From the human T2T-CHM13v2.0 reference genome, Homo sapiens, in assembly GCF_009914755.1 (NCBI RefSeq), contig NC_060934.1: a stretch of DNA of 64,000 nt, one strand, 5' to 3'. The notes under the pieces were generated by a model. That model searched no databases. It was not told the origin of the DNA and worked only from the letters and a program-made list of their open reading frames with translations. The translations under genes were made by a program, and so were the position numbers. Shown here in pieces: positions 16,037-34,834 of the stretch (its first letter is position 1; every line of letters begins with the position of its first letter).

Positions 16037-16745
16037 AAAATTGCACCACTGCACTTCAGCCTGGGCTACAGAGTGAGACCCTATCTTTAAAAAAAAAAAA
16101 AAAATGCCTTTGTTGAGAATCCACTGTGTGACCAGATACTGTGTGACATGTTGAGAAGCATTATAATACTTAAGGCATTTCTCTTTGCTCTTGGGGAACT
16201 TAAATGGAACAAGAAAGTATTTTCTGTAGTAGTTCACACAATAGGGTGTGAGTTTTCTAAGTGTTAAACTAATAAGGCTGAAAAATATGAATGTACTCAA
16301 CATATTTAGATACTTTTATAAAAGGCATTGTTATGATGGCTTTATTAAGGGAAGCTAGACTATTTGGGGCTAGATTCATGACGTCTGGATGTATTAGTCA
16401 GGACCACTTTTGTTCCAAATGACAAAAATTAAAACTAACTTAAAAGGTTGGGTGTGGTAGCTCACACCTGTAATCCCAGCACTTTGGGAAGCAGAGGCAA
16501 GAGTCTCACTTGAGACCAGGAGTTTGAGGCCATCATAGGCAACACAGTGAGTAGAGACAGGGTCTCTACAAACAAAACAAAACAAACAAACAAAAGCCCA
16601 GCCAGGTATGGTAATGCAGACCTGTAGTCCCAGCTACTTTGGTGGGAGGCTGAAGTGGGAGGATCACTTCAGCCTGGGAGGTCGAGGCTGCAGTGAGTTG
16701 TGACCACACCACTGCTCTCTAGAGCCTAGGCAACAGAGCAAGACT

Positions 16746-16802
<57 letters not shown>

Positions 16803-16890
16803 GACAGGCAGACAGAGACTAGATAGATGACAGAGAGACAGATAGATAGATGATAGATAGGTAGATAGATAGATTGATACATCAGTAGAT
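16746..16890. repeat. Compound (GATA)n/(GACA)n microsatellite
   Basis: ~14 perfect GATA units plus degenerate extension. Confidence 0.95.
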
Positions 16891-16917
16891 AAAATTTTTA
16901 AAATACCAGTTACCAGT

Positions 16918-17930
16918 TGTGGTAGGCAGCCTCTAAGATGACCCCCTAGCATCCCTGGCTCCTTGTATTAACACCTTTGTATAATCCCCTCCTTTTTTTA
17001 ACTTTTATTTTAGGTTTGGGGGTAGATACACAGGTTTGTTACATAGGTAAAAACATGTCACAGGGGTTTGTTGTGTATATTATTTCATCACTAGGTATTA
17101 AGCCCAGTACCCAGTAGTTGTCTTTCCTGCTCCTCCCTCCTCCCACCCTCCCTCCCCAAGTAGACCCCAGTGTCTGTTGTTTCCTTCTTTGCCTTCATCA
17201 CTCTTACCATTTAGCTCCCACTTATAAGTGAGAACATGCAGTATTTGGTTTTCTGTTCCTGAGTTAGTTTACTAATGGTAATAGCCTCCAGCTCCATCGA
17301 TGTTCCTGCAAAAATGACGTGATCTCCTTTTTTATGGCTGCGTAGTATTCCACGTTGTATATGTAGCACATTTTCTTTATCCAATTTGTCATTGTTGGGC
17401 CTTTAGGTTGATTCTGTGTCTTTGCTGCAGTGAACATTCACAATCACAAGCGTGTGTCTTTATGGTAGAATGATTTATATTTGTCTGGGTATATAACCAG
17501 TAATGGGATTGCTGTGCAATCCCCTTTTTCTACGTGGGTTGAATTGACTGACTTCTAAAGACAAGACTATGACAGAAGTGATGGTTTGTCACTTTTGAGA
17601 TGAGGTTACAAAATACTGCAGGTTCCGTTTTAGATGCAGTGACTCTTTCTGGCCTTCTCTGGAATCATTCACTCTGGGGAGAGCCAGCCACCTTGTTAGT
17701 GAGTCCTGTGGAGAGGCACATGTAAGTGAGCTTGGAAGTGTATTTACTGAGACTGAAAATAACCAGGTATGTGAGCTTAGGAGTGGACCCTCCCCCAGTG
17801 TAGTCTTCAGATGAGACTGCAGACCTGGCTGACAGCTTCATTGCAGGCTCATGAGAGACCTAGAGCCTGAGACACCTGGGAAAGCTGTTCCCAGAGTCCT
17901 GACCCAAAAACTAAGAGATCATATACATTT
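16918..17930 (+). mobile_element. MaLR LTR (MLT1E/F-like) interrupted by a minus-strand L1PA/PB 3' fragment (~16995-17512)
   Basis: Start tgtggtaggcagcctctaagatg; the L1 3' UTR is flanked by TSD-like tgtataatcccct/tgtgcaatcccct. Confidence 0.7.
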
Positions 17931-18508
17931 TTAAAAATAAGAGACAGGGTCTTACCCTGTCACCTAGGCTGAAGGGCAGTAGCCCGATCATAGCTCACTG
18001 CAGCCTTGAACTCCTGGGCTCGAGCGATCCTCCTGCCTCAGCCTCCTGAGTAGCTGGGACAACAGGTGTGTGCCACCACACTGAGCTAATTTTAAAATTT
18101 TTCGTAGAGACAGGGTCTCACTACTTTTTGCCCAGGCTCATCTCAAACTCCTGGCCTCAAGCCATCCTCCTGCCTCAGCCTTCCGAAGTGCTGGGATTAC
18201 AGGTGTAAGACACCACGCCTGGCCTCTAATGGTTTAAAGATCTGAAATGTATCAACACGAAGTAAAGGTTCATGTAAGGACCATATGACTTGTCTCTGAG
18301 CTCTGTTTATGCCTTCATGTGTGTGGGTTACCTAAGTACCTTTCTTGATGAAAAGGAAAATATCTCCAAGGGAAAAACAAAGTGGACTACATCCAATATG
18401 AAAAAAAAAAATGTCGCCGGGCGCGGTGACTCACGCCTGTAATCCTAGCACTTTGGGAGGCTGAGGCAGGCGGATCACAAAGTCAGGAGATCGAGACCAT
18501 CCTGGCTA

Positions 18509-18796
<288 letters not shown>

Positions 18797-19360
18797 TCAC
18801 ATAATATGGGTATAAATACCAGACTGATGTTCCACCATGAAAAATATAAAATTGTAACCTCTAGAAACCGAGTAGGTAATAGAAATGTTGATTAACTTCA
18901 GCTGAAGTGCTCATACCTGCTGCTATTTTCAGGAATTAATAGCTACCCTGGGGCATTTTTAACTTACATACAACATTGAGTGGGATTTTCCTATGATGAT
19001 TACCCTAATGTTTCAGAAAGTTCTAATTAGCAACTAATTACCATTCCACCTTGTCATCACACACCCTCATGCTGCCGTTGTAACTTTATATCTTCTTCTA
19101 ATATGACAGAGGGAGGCTGCAATAAGTTCTGAAGGTGCTTTTGATAACTATGTAGCACAGGGAACAATATTACATTCACTGTTACTTCTGTAAGATTTAA
19201 CTGTATCCAGACCATTCCTGAGCTCAATGTAGAATCAAAATAAAGGCCTTTAAAAATGCCATCCTTGGCCAGGCGCGGTGGCTTACGCCTGTAATCCCAG
19301 CACTTTGGGAGGCCGAGGTGGGTGGATCACGAGGTCAGGAGATCGAGACCATCCTGGCTA

Positions 19361-19627
<267 letters not shown>

Positions 19628-21134
19628 TTACTTGGAATTCATTGGAATTCAATAAATACTTAGAATTCATTACTACTCATTAACAGTTAACTCATTTGCA
19701 TGTTGTAAATTCCTTCGTCTTCACTAATTCTCGCTCATATACATAGAAAATTCTGGTTTTTGACCTACAATGACATTTGGTTTAGTTTGTTAATGTTCTT
19801 TTCCATCCTTATCTAATTTTCTACTACCGTAGGAGACTGTTTTGAAGCTATTTAGTTTTTGTTGTCCAGTCCTTTGAAGCCTTATGAGGAAAATTGTATG
19901 AATGAATATACACATGTTAATTACCACAAACATACATCCTTATTACCTATAGGTTTAGGTAAAACCCAGCGTTTTACCCCCAAGGGTCTGCAATAGTATT
20001 TGTGGTGGATGCTTTGCAGAGAGTATAGCACCAGCCTGTAGGACCTGGAGAAGAAATGGAACTGATACTCCCATATCCTCACCCAGAGTCAAGCACCTTG
20101 GCACCCCAGGCCTGGGCGGTTGAGATCACCTTGGAGCAGTGGCAAAGCTCATTTGGTGCTTTTATGTGAAAATGGAGTCCTGTGCACCGCCACCTTGATT
20201 TTACTTTGGAAAGCCACGGCTTGTATTCTGACTCCAGGGAATTCCACAGAGAAATGGTTAGTTACTATGTGGGGTTATTAGTCAATTTAAGGTAGAAAAG
20301 CCTTCTATGTACAATAGCAAAGAAGCCATAAAGGAGCAACTGATAGATTTTACTACCAGAAAAGGTAAAACATCTGCAAGTTAAAACAAAACACCATAAA
20401 TAGAATTAAAAAGCAAATGAAAATAATGGAAGATATTTGCAAAATATATAAAAAAGGATTATGGTTAATGTTTTTAATAGAGCTCTTTCCAAGCTCTATA
20501 AATATAATTAGTTTTCTGATTCTTTTTCCGTTTCTAGAAGCACTCAAAATGGTCCAGCATTTGATATGCCCTTGTAGGCTATCCTACGATATAGCTGCCA
20601 ATAAGACTAGGGTAGGCCATGTGAGGTGGCTCACACCTGTAATCCCAGCACTTTGGGAGGCCGAGGTGGGAAGATCAATCACTTGAGCCCAAGAATTCAA
20701 GACCAGGCTGAGCAACATAGTGAGACCTCGTCTCTACAAAAAATCAAAAAATTAGCCGGATGTGGTGGCATCACCTGAAGTCTCAGCTACTTAAGAGGTG
20801 GAGGCGAGAGGATCACTTGAGCCTGGAAGGTAGATGCAGCAAGCTGAGATCGTGCCACTGCACTCCAGCCTGGGCCACAGAGCAAGAACCTGTCTCAAAC
20901 AAAACAAAACAAAAACAAAAAAGACCAGGCTGGCCTGAGCCTCTGGTAATGGAATTGTTTAGCTTTATACCAAGAGGAGTGAGACAGCACCAAAATCTGG
21001 GTGTGGGATGTGCTCAGGCCGACCAGGAGAGGTTTATGCCATGAGACCTAAAATTCTTAACATGCTGTCTAAAACAAACAAAAGCATGTTAGCAGGGCCC
21101 GTGGTGCTTCGATGTGCACTAAATATATCTGTGA

Positions 21135-21413
<279 letters not shown>

Positions 21414-22299
21414 TAGCCAGAATGGTCTCGATCTCCTGACCTCGTGATCCACCCACCTCTGCCTCTCAAAGTGCTGAAATTACAGGTGTGAGCCACCGCG
21501 CCTGGCCCACAAAGCTAAATTTTAAATTGAAGCTTTTTTGAATAATTAAATCAAAAGCCTTATAAAACAATTGTGTTTCTGCCATTACATTATAGGGAAA
21601 TGGATGGGCATATTTTCACCAAATGTAGATATATAATGGGGTGATCTGACTTGAAATATAGATTATGTGTTGTACAAAGAGTACATTTTGGCCAGATGCA
21701 TCGCTGTAATCTCAGCACTTTGGGAGGCCAAGGGGAAAGGATCGCTTGAATCAGTAATTTCAGACCAGCCTGGGCAACATAGTGAGACTCCATCTCTACA
21801 AAAAATTTAAAAAATTAAAAATTGAAAATAATTCATTTTGGGGGATTATAGGGAAATCAAGGGAGATGGGCAATCCTCCTTTGGAGCAGCTGAACCTGAG
21901 GGTCAAATTGAGGCCCTCAGGGTGCCCATTGGGTCAGAGGGGACTGCGCACATGGTATGAATACTAGCTAAGGCCTTGGAGTGCTGTGAAGACTAATGAC
22001 ATTATCTGTGTAAAGTGCTGACCTCAATGACCAGCACACTCACTTATTCAATTATTTATCAAATTTTTATTGAGTGGCTACTGTGTACCAGATACTCTGC
22101 CAGGTGCCGGGGGTACTGCAGTGAACAAAACAGACAGCAATCTCAAACCTCTCAGGGTTTACATTCTCCTAACACACAGTAAACCATCATAAAAGGTAGC
22201 CAGCATTATACTATAATACAAAATATGGGAAAACTAAAAACCATGATAGCTTTTTTCACCAGCTAAACTGGCAAAGATTCTGATGAAGATAATCCCTAG

Positions 22300-22506
<207 letters not shown>

Positions 22507-23615
22507 TAGTTTTTGTAGAAACGGGTTTTTGCCATATTGCCCAGGCTAATCTCAAACTTCCTGGGCTCAAGCGATCCTCCAGCTTCACCCTCCCAAAGTG
22601 CTGGGATTATAGACATGAGCCACCTTGCCCAGGCAAAAATAGGTACTTTACTCTATTTCTGGGGGCAGTGTAAATTGGTGCAAACTTTCTGGAGGGCAGG
22701 TTGACAGCATGTATTAAATGCTTTTACTCCCTCAATTCCACTTCTGACTTATTGTAAGGAAATATTCATGGATTACTCAATAATATCTACTTGGGAAGGA
22801 AGTTAAGATGCTCAGAGCCGAGCTCCCCAGTTAGACAAGTCTGAGTTCACACTAAAGCGGGTTCTGCCATCTACTTGCAGTGTGACCCTCAGGTGAATTA
22901 GGGGCATCAGCACTGCATGATCTTAGGCGAATTGTTCCCAGCCTCCATGCAGCACGCTCCTCATCTGTAACATGGACATGATAATAGCATTTACCTTACA
23001 GGGCTATTGTGAGAAGTAAATGAGATAATGTAGAAAACACTTCAGTGTAGTGCCTGATGCATGGTAAGATTTCAATATACTTAAGCAAAAGAAAAAAAAA
23101 AGTATATGTTCATCCCAGCAGTATTTACAGTGATAAAAAGTAAAATAGAAAGTACCTAAGTGATTTAAAATAAATACAGAGAAAAAATTCCATACCACCA
23201 CTAAAAATCATGTTGCAGATGAATAGTTAATGATATGGAAAATGATCACAATATATTGTTAGGTGAAAAAAAATTGATTATAGCCTGGGCACAGTGGCTC
23301 ATGCCTGTATTCCCAGCACTTTGGGAGGCCAAGGTGGGAGGATTGCTCGAATCCATGAGTTTTAAGACCAGCCTGGGCAACATAGGGAGACCCCCTATCT
23401 CTCCAAAAATAATTTTTTTTTTAATTAGCCAGGCATGATGGCACATGCCTGTAGTCCCAGCTACTCTGAAGCAGAGGATTGCTTGAGCTGGGGAGGTAGA
23501 GGATGCAGTGAGCCTTGATCACATGGCTACACTCCAGCCTGGGCAATAGAGCAAGACTCCATCTCAAAAAAAATAAAATAACATTTTAAAAGGTGGTTAC
23601 AAAGAATATGTACAA

Positions 23616-25479
<1,864 letters not shown>

Positions 25480-25482
25480 TCA

Positions 25483-25638
<156 letters not shown>

Positions 25639-25736
25639 TTAGAAAAAAATACAGGAAGGCGCTATACTATGTATTTTCCACAATAAGCATGCATTATTTT
25701 GTGCTTTTGTGCTTTATACATATTATTTATAGCAGA

Positions 25737-26165
25737 CGTATATTAGGTTTTGCACGTCCAGCATCAGCCCACTTCCTTCTAACATCCTGGTTTTCTTATG
25801 TGGAATAATCCATTCCCCTCTGCCAGAAAGGCGATTTTTGGCTTCCACATCTCATATCCACCTCTCACTTACGGAAGCCACAAGGCTTTGATCCCAGAGG
25901 CTGTGCTACAAGAATGGTGGATATTTTGGAGGGCATTGTTAGCATCCTGGCAGCACTGTGGGTGGGGAGTGGGTGGGGTTGGTAATGTGACTCTGCTGAC
26001 AGTGTCCCATCCTCTGGGACTTCCTTGGTCCTTGCCCTTTCCCAAGCCTGGTCATTGTCCTCCCACTGTGTTCATGAGCCCCTCTTAACCTGTCAATAAA
26101 TCCTTTTCTGCTTAAGTTAGCCAGAATCTTTTTCTGTTGCACACAACCAAAAACTTTTACTAACA
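25737..26165 (+). mobile_element. MaLR LTR (MLT1J/L-like)
   Basis: 3' end caataaatccttttctgcttaagttagccag...actaaca is typical of MLT1. Confidence 0.6.
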
Positions 26166-26426
26166 AGTTACTTTTAAAAACTGGAAAATGAATAAAGCAA
26201 GCTGTAGCAGCTATGGAGCCATTCTTTGCCGGAATAGTCTAAACCCAGGTGAGCCTGAGATGGCTCAGAGGAAATGCTAAATGACCGGGCTGCAAAATAT
26301 CTGGTTGGAAACTAGAAAAATGCATTACGTAACTTAAAAACTAATTGTTGAAATTAATTCACTTAAATTGACCATTTTAGATGTTCCTAGATATCCAGTT
26401 GTTCAACATGATGTGACAGCTGATGA

Positions 26427-26737
<311 letters not shown>

Positions 26738-27764
26738 TGATGATTGTTATTCTTTAATCTTTGTGATTTGAACTTATTTAGAATTTAGAATACAATGAGG
26801 GAAATGCTAAACTGAAATGGACAAAGACCTTCAGTATAGGCTAATGAACCACACACATACTAACTAGTGGGTACCAACGCTACCCTATATATTGCAGTAT
26901 GAGACAGTGGACTTTTAGCTATTTACTGTTAAAGCATGACCTCAGGAAAGCAATATGAATTGTAGCTTTGTTGTTATGCCTTAACAATAGCAGGCACCTG
27001 CACATATTCATCTACCCTTAACTTGGGTAGCATGACGTAATTTGTTTTCAAAAGATTTTTTTGTGCCATCTGTTATTAAAATGATGATTGCTTTTGATAC
27101 AAGGTTTGCTAGATATTAGTCACCCACCCTCAGTCCTCATCTTTATATTTCAGGAGTGTCAGCTTCGGAAATCTTGTAGCTCGCCTCCTCAATTACTTTG
27201 CCCATTTTCTTCTGACTCTCATGGAGACGATACTCTCCAAATGTGAGTCTGACCCAAGATTTGGACCAGTCTTGACACCTGAAGAACACAGCACATTTAA
27301 CAGGCGGTTATAATGCAGCTTTCTGGAAACAATTACCTTAAATATGATTTTCACTCATTATACAGCCTTTCATAATTTGCCATCAATGTTGTTAAGAGCT
27401 GTAGGAAAATTAAATGTTACACAATTTTACTTTAAATCAGTACTGGCCAGGGGCAAGTGGCTCATATCTGTAATCTCAGTACTTTCAGAGGCCAAGGCAA
27501 GAGGATCATTTGAGGCCAGGAGTTGCTCAGCCTGGGCAACATAGTGAGACCCCATCTCTACAAAAAAATACAGAAAAAAAAAATTACCCACCCATGGTGG
27601 CACATGCCTGTAGTCCCAGCTACTTGGGAGGCTGAGAGGCAGGAGGATCCTTTGAGCCCAGGAGTTTAAGGTTACAGTGAGTTCAAGGTTACAGTGATTT
27701 CACTGCACTCCAGCCTAGGCAACAGAGCAAGACTCTTTCTCTAAAAAATAAGTGAATAAAATCA

Positions 27765-28515
27765 ACACTTCTCACATTTTTATGTGCATGTGAGTCACTG
27801 AGGATCTTGATGAAATGCAAATCATGATAGAGTAGCTGTTCTGGATGTCTGTTGCTATATAGCAGATATTCCCAAACAAGTGCCTTAAAACAGCCATTCA
27901 AGGATTAATCATTTATTTTGCTCACAAATCTGGAATTTGGGCAGGGTTTGGTGGGGTTGTCTTGTCCCCAAACATGGTTAAATGGGAAAGTTTGATTCGG
28001 AAGGTGACTTGATGGCCGGGAACTGAAATCACCTGGAGGCTCATGTACTCTCATTGTGGTTGATGCTGGTTGTTGGCTGGGACCCCAGGTGGGGCTCTTG
28101 ACCACTAAACCCACAGGTATCCTCCCCATGGGGATGCTTGGCTCCTTTACAACGTGGTGCCAGGTTCCACCAAGTATCCCAACTGAGCAAGGTGGCAGTT
28201 GCATGGCATTTTTATGACCTTGCCTCAGAAGTCACATAACATCATTTGTGCCATACCCTATTGGGCAAGGCAGTCATAAAGGTCTGCCTGCCTAGGTTTA
28301 AGGGGATGTTGACCTCATCATTTAACAGGGGATTGTCAACTTCACAGTGAAAGAAGAGCATCTGGGGAGGAACATATTGTGGCGGCCATATTTGGAAAGT
28401 GTCATCTGCCACCGTAGGTCTGGTGGAGCCTGAGATGCCTGAGACTCTTCATTCACTTCTAACTTCCAGGTGACACCAGTGCTGCTCAGAGCCCTTTGAG
28501 CAGCGAGGGTCTAGA
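27765..28515. mobile_element. MER5 (hAT) split by a minus-strand MLT1 LTR (~27837-28412)
   Basis: MER5 halves (gatcttgatgaaatgcaaat / gtaggtctgg...ctttgagcagc) flank MLT1-like sequence. Confidence 0.6.
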
Positions 28516-28726
28516 TCACATAATGTAGTCAAATTCTATTACAAAGATTATTTTGGATTGTTTTGGAAGTGGTTAGAATACACATGCATGTATACATGAG
28601 TATTATGGATCTTCCTGAAAGATGCCATGTAAGTTTTTCTCATTTTTTGTTTTCATCTTTTTAAAAATTACAACATTCTTTTAGTCTAATCTCATTTACT
28701 CTTCTTTCTCCATAATATTGTAGCCA

Positions 28727-29038
28727 TTTTTTTTTTTTTTTTTTGAAGCAGTCTTGCTATGTTGTCCAAGCTGGAGTGCAGTGGCTATTCACAGGCGCAA
28801 TCCCACTACTGATCAGCACAGGAGTTTTGATCTCTTCCATTTCAGACCTGAGCCAATTCACCCCTCCTGTGGCAACCTGGTGGTCCCCCACTGCCAGGAG
28901 GTCACTATATTGATACTGAACTTAGTGGAGATACCTGATTGGCACAGCTCTCTGCAGTCCAGAACTCCTGGGCTCAGGTGATCCTCTGGCCTCAGCCTCC
29001 CAAGTAGCTGGGACTACAGGCACGTCGTTGCACCCAGC
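28727..29038 (-). pseudogene. 7SL (SRP) RNA retropseudogene (RN7SL-P family)
   Basis: The reverse complement aligns along full-length 7SL including the S domain that Alu lacks (e.g. ACTAAGTTCAGTATCAATATAGTGACCTCC, GACCACCAGGTTGCC, GTGCTGATCAGTAGTGGGAT). It has a poly(A) tail and a diverged TSD aatattgtagcc/aatactgtaccc. Confidence 0.92.
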
Positions 29039-29559
29039 AATACTGTACCCTTAAAGAAAGAGAACTGCTTCATAAATCTTTGGTTAGATAAACTTGTTTC
29101 CAACATATAGCATTTTATACTGCAGAGTTCATAAAATGTATTGACATTGGATTACTGTAATACTGTATTGAATGATTACTGAAATAAATATTGGTCATGA
29201 AAATCACAATCTGTTTCTGAAGGGCAAAATTTGATGATTTTGCAGCCAGTTAGTGTTAAGTGAATTTATCTATATGACATTGATTTTTAAAACCTGGAGA
29301 AATTGGTTGATGTAGTATCAACATCACATAGAACCATTAACCACCTCCATGAAATAACAGATGACTTCACAGGACACCCCTTGGAGAATCACAGAGGTTC
29401 ATTCATTGAACTCATGATTATTGAGTACCCTCAGTGAGCTAGATCTTATGATAAGTTCAAGGGTTACCAAATAAACACGATTCCTGCTCCTTCTAAAAGC
29501 TTACTTCTAGAGGGTAGAGTTGGAAGAAGCCAACTATGAACAAGTAAACCAATCAATCA

Positions 29560-30545
29560 TCATTTGTCAAAGTATGGTCCATGGACCTTTGGAGGATGTA
29601 AGACCCTTTCAGGGGGATCTGCAAGATCAATATTATTCATGGGTAAAAGATTCAACAAGAGTACAAATGAACAATGGAATTTAATATAAGGGAATACATA
29701 GAGTTCATTGATTTGGTTCCAGATTCTACATTGCAACTAGCCTTTCAGAAAGTACTACTGTCAAGTTTTGGTGTAATATCAAAGAAGAATATCCAGTTAT
29801 TTGAAAAAGCTATGTTTCTCATTTCCAACCACACATCGGTATAAGGCTAAGTTATTCGGATACTTAAACCAAAACAAGATACTGCAACAGACAATACCAA
29901 AGCAGATGAGAATTGAGCTTTCTGTTAAACCAGAAATTAAAGAGATTTGCCAAAGTATAAAATAATACTATTCTTTTTGCTTAATTTTGTTTTGGAAAAA
30001 TATATTTTATTTTACATAAAATATGTACTTATGTTAGCAAATAATGACTTATTATTTAAAAATCAATTAATACTTTTAAATTTTCCCAGCTTTAATTTTG
30101 AATATGATAAACATGGACAGATGTAAACCACATCAAGAAAAGCTTTTTAAAGCTGGGCCTAGTGGCATGCAGCTAGTTACTCAGGAGGCCAAGGTGGAAG
30201 TGACATAGGAGTTAAGAAGAAATCACTTAGGCAGATAGTAAGGGTATGGGAGTCCTCGGTAAGGCTTTTCTTTTTAATGAAAAGCAGCCTCAAATCATTT
30301 TGTAACAAAGAGCAGCCTGTAAGGTTGAGCTGCAGGCAGAGACAAGCAAGCTGGGAGCTTGCACAGGTGAATGCCAGCAGGAACTAGGGGAACAGACAAG
30401 TTCAAGATGGCGGCTCCATCTTCCCTTCTCTGCCCATGAGTTCTAGTCCAGCCTGGGCAACATAGTGAGACACCCCCCATCTCTTAAAAAAAAAAAAAAA
30501 AAGAAAAGGAATCTTTTTTAAGATCTCAATAATTTTGAAAAGCAA
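29560..30545 (+). mobile_element. Charlie1-like hAT DNA transposon fragment containing a FLAM (30152-30505), which itself contains an ERV1 LTR fragment (30201-30435)
   Basis: agattctacattgcaactagcctttcagaa...tggtgtaatatcaaagaagaatatcc matches Charlie1; the LTR fragment starts tgacataggagttaagaagaaatcacttaggc. Confidence 0.65.
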
Positions 30546-31654
30546 AAATTTCCCATGGAGTGTTAGTCATTCAAGCTCCTGAGTTGCATCACCTATACTC
30601 TTGGGTAGATGTTTAGGATGTCAGATCCCATGCCCAGCTGTGTGGTTTTATCCAAGTCCAAAAGTAGGAGGAGTAGGTAGAAACTCTGGGTATCTGGTTG
30701 GCCTGGCTTTGTAGTGGTAGCAAGAGGTGACAGTTTTGCTCTCCCAGAGCAACTGGGCTCAAGTGGTAGAACTATGTGTTAAGCAGGAACAAGAGGCTGA
30801 GGGTCTAGGAGGTTGGTGGTGCTAAGCAGACTGAGAAGGAATATATCCTTATGTCTGATACCAGTATATCGTGGTCACCTTTCCATGGCAGCACATGAAA
30901 CAGAAGTATGGCTTTACATTATAAGGCTTTATATTATTACTCTGGCTTTGTATTAAGGATGAACTATAATTTTATATTTCATTTTATGTTATAACTATGG
31001 CTTTGTATAAGGGTGAACTATAAATTTTAAAAACTAACCTCTAGTATTCTGCCTTTGGGCTATTTCCAACTCTTTTGCTTTATAAACACTGCTGAAATGA
31101 TCAGCCAGTGCAACAAATATTAGGAAAATGAACAAGATAATTGCAGTAGTGATTATGCGCTGAAGACCATCACTGGAATGTAAGCTGCATAGAAGTACGG
31201 ATTTTAGCCTGCTTTGTTCACTGCTGTATCCCCAGCACCTAGCATAGGGCCTGTCATAGAATGTGTGCTCAAGAAAATATTTGTCAAACGTTGAAAGCAA
31301 GGTGATGTGATAGTGATTGGCAGGGGATGTTCGGGAAGTCCCTGCATTGAAGCTGAGAATTGAGGAAGGGAAAGTGTTTGGGAAGCTGTAAATGGAGGTT
31401 TCCAGGCAGAGGGAAGAGGATGTGCAAAGGCTGTGAGATGGAAGCCTGTTGGCACGTTCGAAAAACAGAAAGGTTTGTGTGCTGGAGGACAGTGAGCAAA
31501 GGAGAGAATAAGGGATGAGGGTGGAGGGGAGGGCAGGGTCAGAACAATAGGGCCTTGCCAGTCCTAATCATCATCAACTTCAATTTTACAAGGCGGCTAA
31601 AAGCCGTGGTAGAATTCTACCAGGAAAATGACATTATCAACTTACGCTTACTCT

Positions 31655-32712
<1,058 letters not shown>

Positions 32713-32980
32713 AAGCTTACTCTGAGTATGTTCTAGAGAAAAGTTTGGAAAGGGGCATGGCTGGTTATCGGTCAATATCTTCCCTTCTTCCTAACAGTAT
32801 CCATTTCCTCCTCTTTCTCTCCTAGCATAGTGGGAAGTTCAAGCATCCACCCCTTCCCCAGATGGCCTTGTGGCCTTGTGCTCCAGGAAAGGATGATTGC
32901 AACCTCTTCTTCACGGGAGGTCTCACTGGCCTAGAGCAGTAGTACTTAAAATGTGGGTGAGGGCCAAGCACAGTAGCTCA

Positions 32981-33295
<315 letters not shown>

Positions 33296-33547
33296 TCATT
33301 TCAGTGCTCTGTGAGTTTCTGTTTTGCAATTACATATCCTAATGAGGCTGGGTTTTTAAAATATATATATACTTCTACTAGCAGATTGCAGCAGATTAAA
33401 TGCCAAAGCAGATATGAGAATCCAGCTGTCTTACATTAAGCCCAATATTAAAGTGATTTGTAAAAGGTAAAGCAATGCTACTCTTCTTCTTAAATGTTTT
33501 AATTTTGGAGTATGTTACTATTTTTCATGAAAATGTTACTTATGTGA

Positions 33548-33847
<300 letters not shown>

Positions 33848-34435
33848 TGAGCCACTGCACCTGGCCTAGATTTCTTATTTTTATATCAATAAATATTTCA
33901 AAATTTTAGTGATAGATATAACTCATAAAAGCAAAGATTTTTGGGGATCCTCAATATTATTATTTTTTTTTAGGGTCTTGCTGTCACCCAGGCTGGAGCG
34001 TAGTAGGTAATCATAGCTCACTGCAGCCTTGACCTCCTGGCATCAATCCTCCTGTCTTGGCCTCCCAAAGTTTTGGAATTACAGGCATGAGCCACCACAC
34101 CTGGCCCTAATTTTTGAGTCCAAATGGGTCCTCAGATAAAAATATTTGAGGACCACTAGCCTAGAATAATCCCATCCCCTTGTCAGGCATTGGTTTGGGA
34201 ATTTCCTTGTGGTCCAGTTCTGTCGACTGAGACAGGAGAGGGAATCTGATGGGAAGCTTCTGGGAAAAGTTTTTCCACTCGTAAGACAGAGCCACAGAAA
34301 GAGAGACACTCTCTCTCCATCCTCTGGTTACCAATGCATCTGAATGTGATGCGGCCATCTTCCCGCTGGCCTGAGGAAAAACACAGCATAAGCGCTGGCA
34401 GTGTTGTTTTCAGATTTCATTATTAGAGTGATTCA

Positions 34436-34834
<399 letters not shown>

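Noticed and set aside
15774-16303. GC-rich overlapping ORFs that look like a CpG-island gene
   Set aside because: They are SVA VNTR sequence, not a gene or promoter.
30943-31029. 32-bp imperfect direct repeat; similar small tandem duplications at 43836-43885, 53216-53257 and 14401-14435
   Set aside because: Ordinary slippage-type duplications with no further structure.
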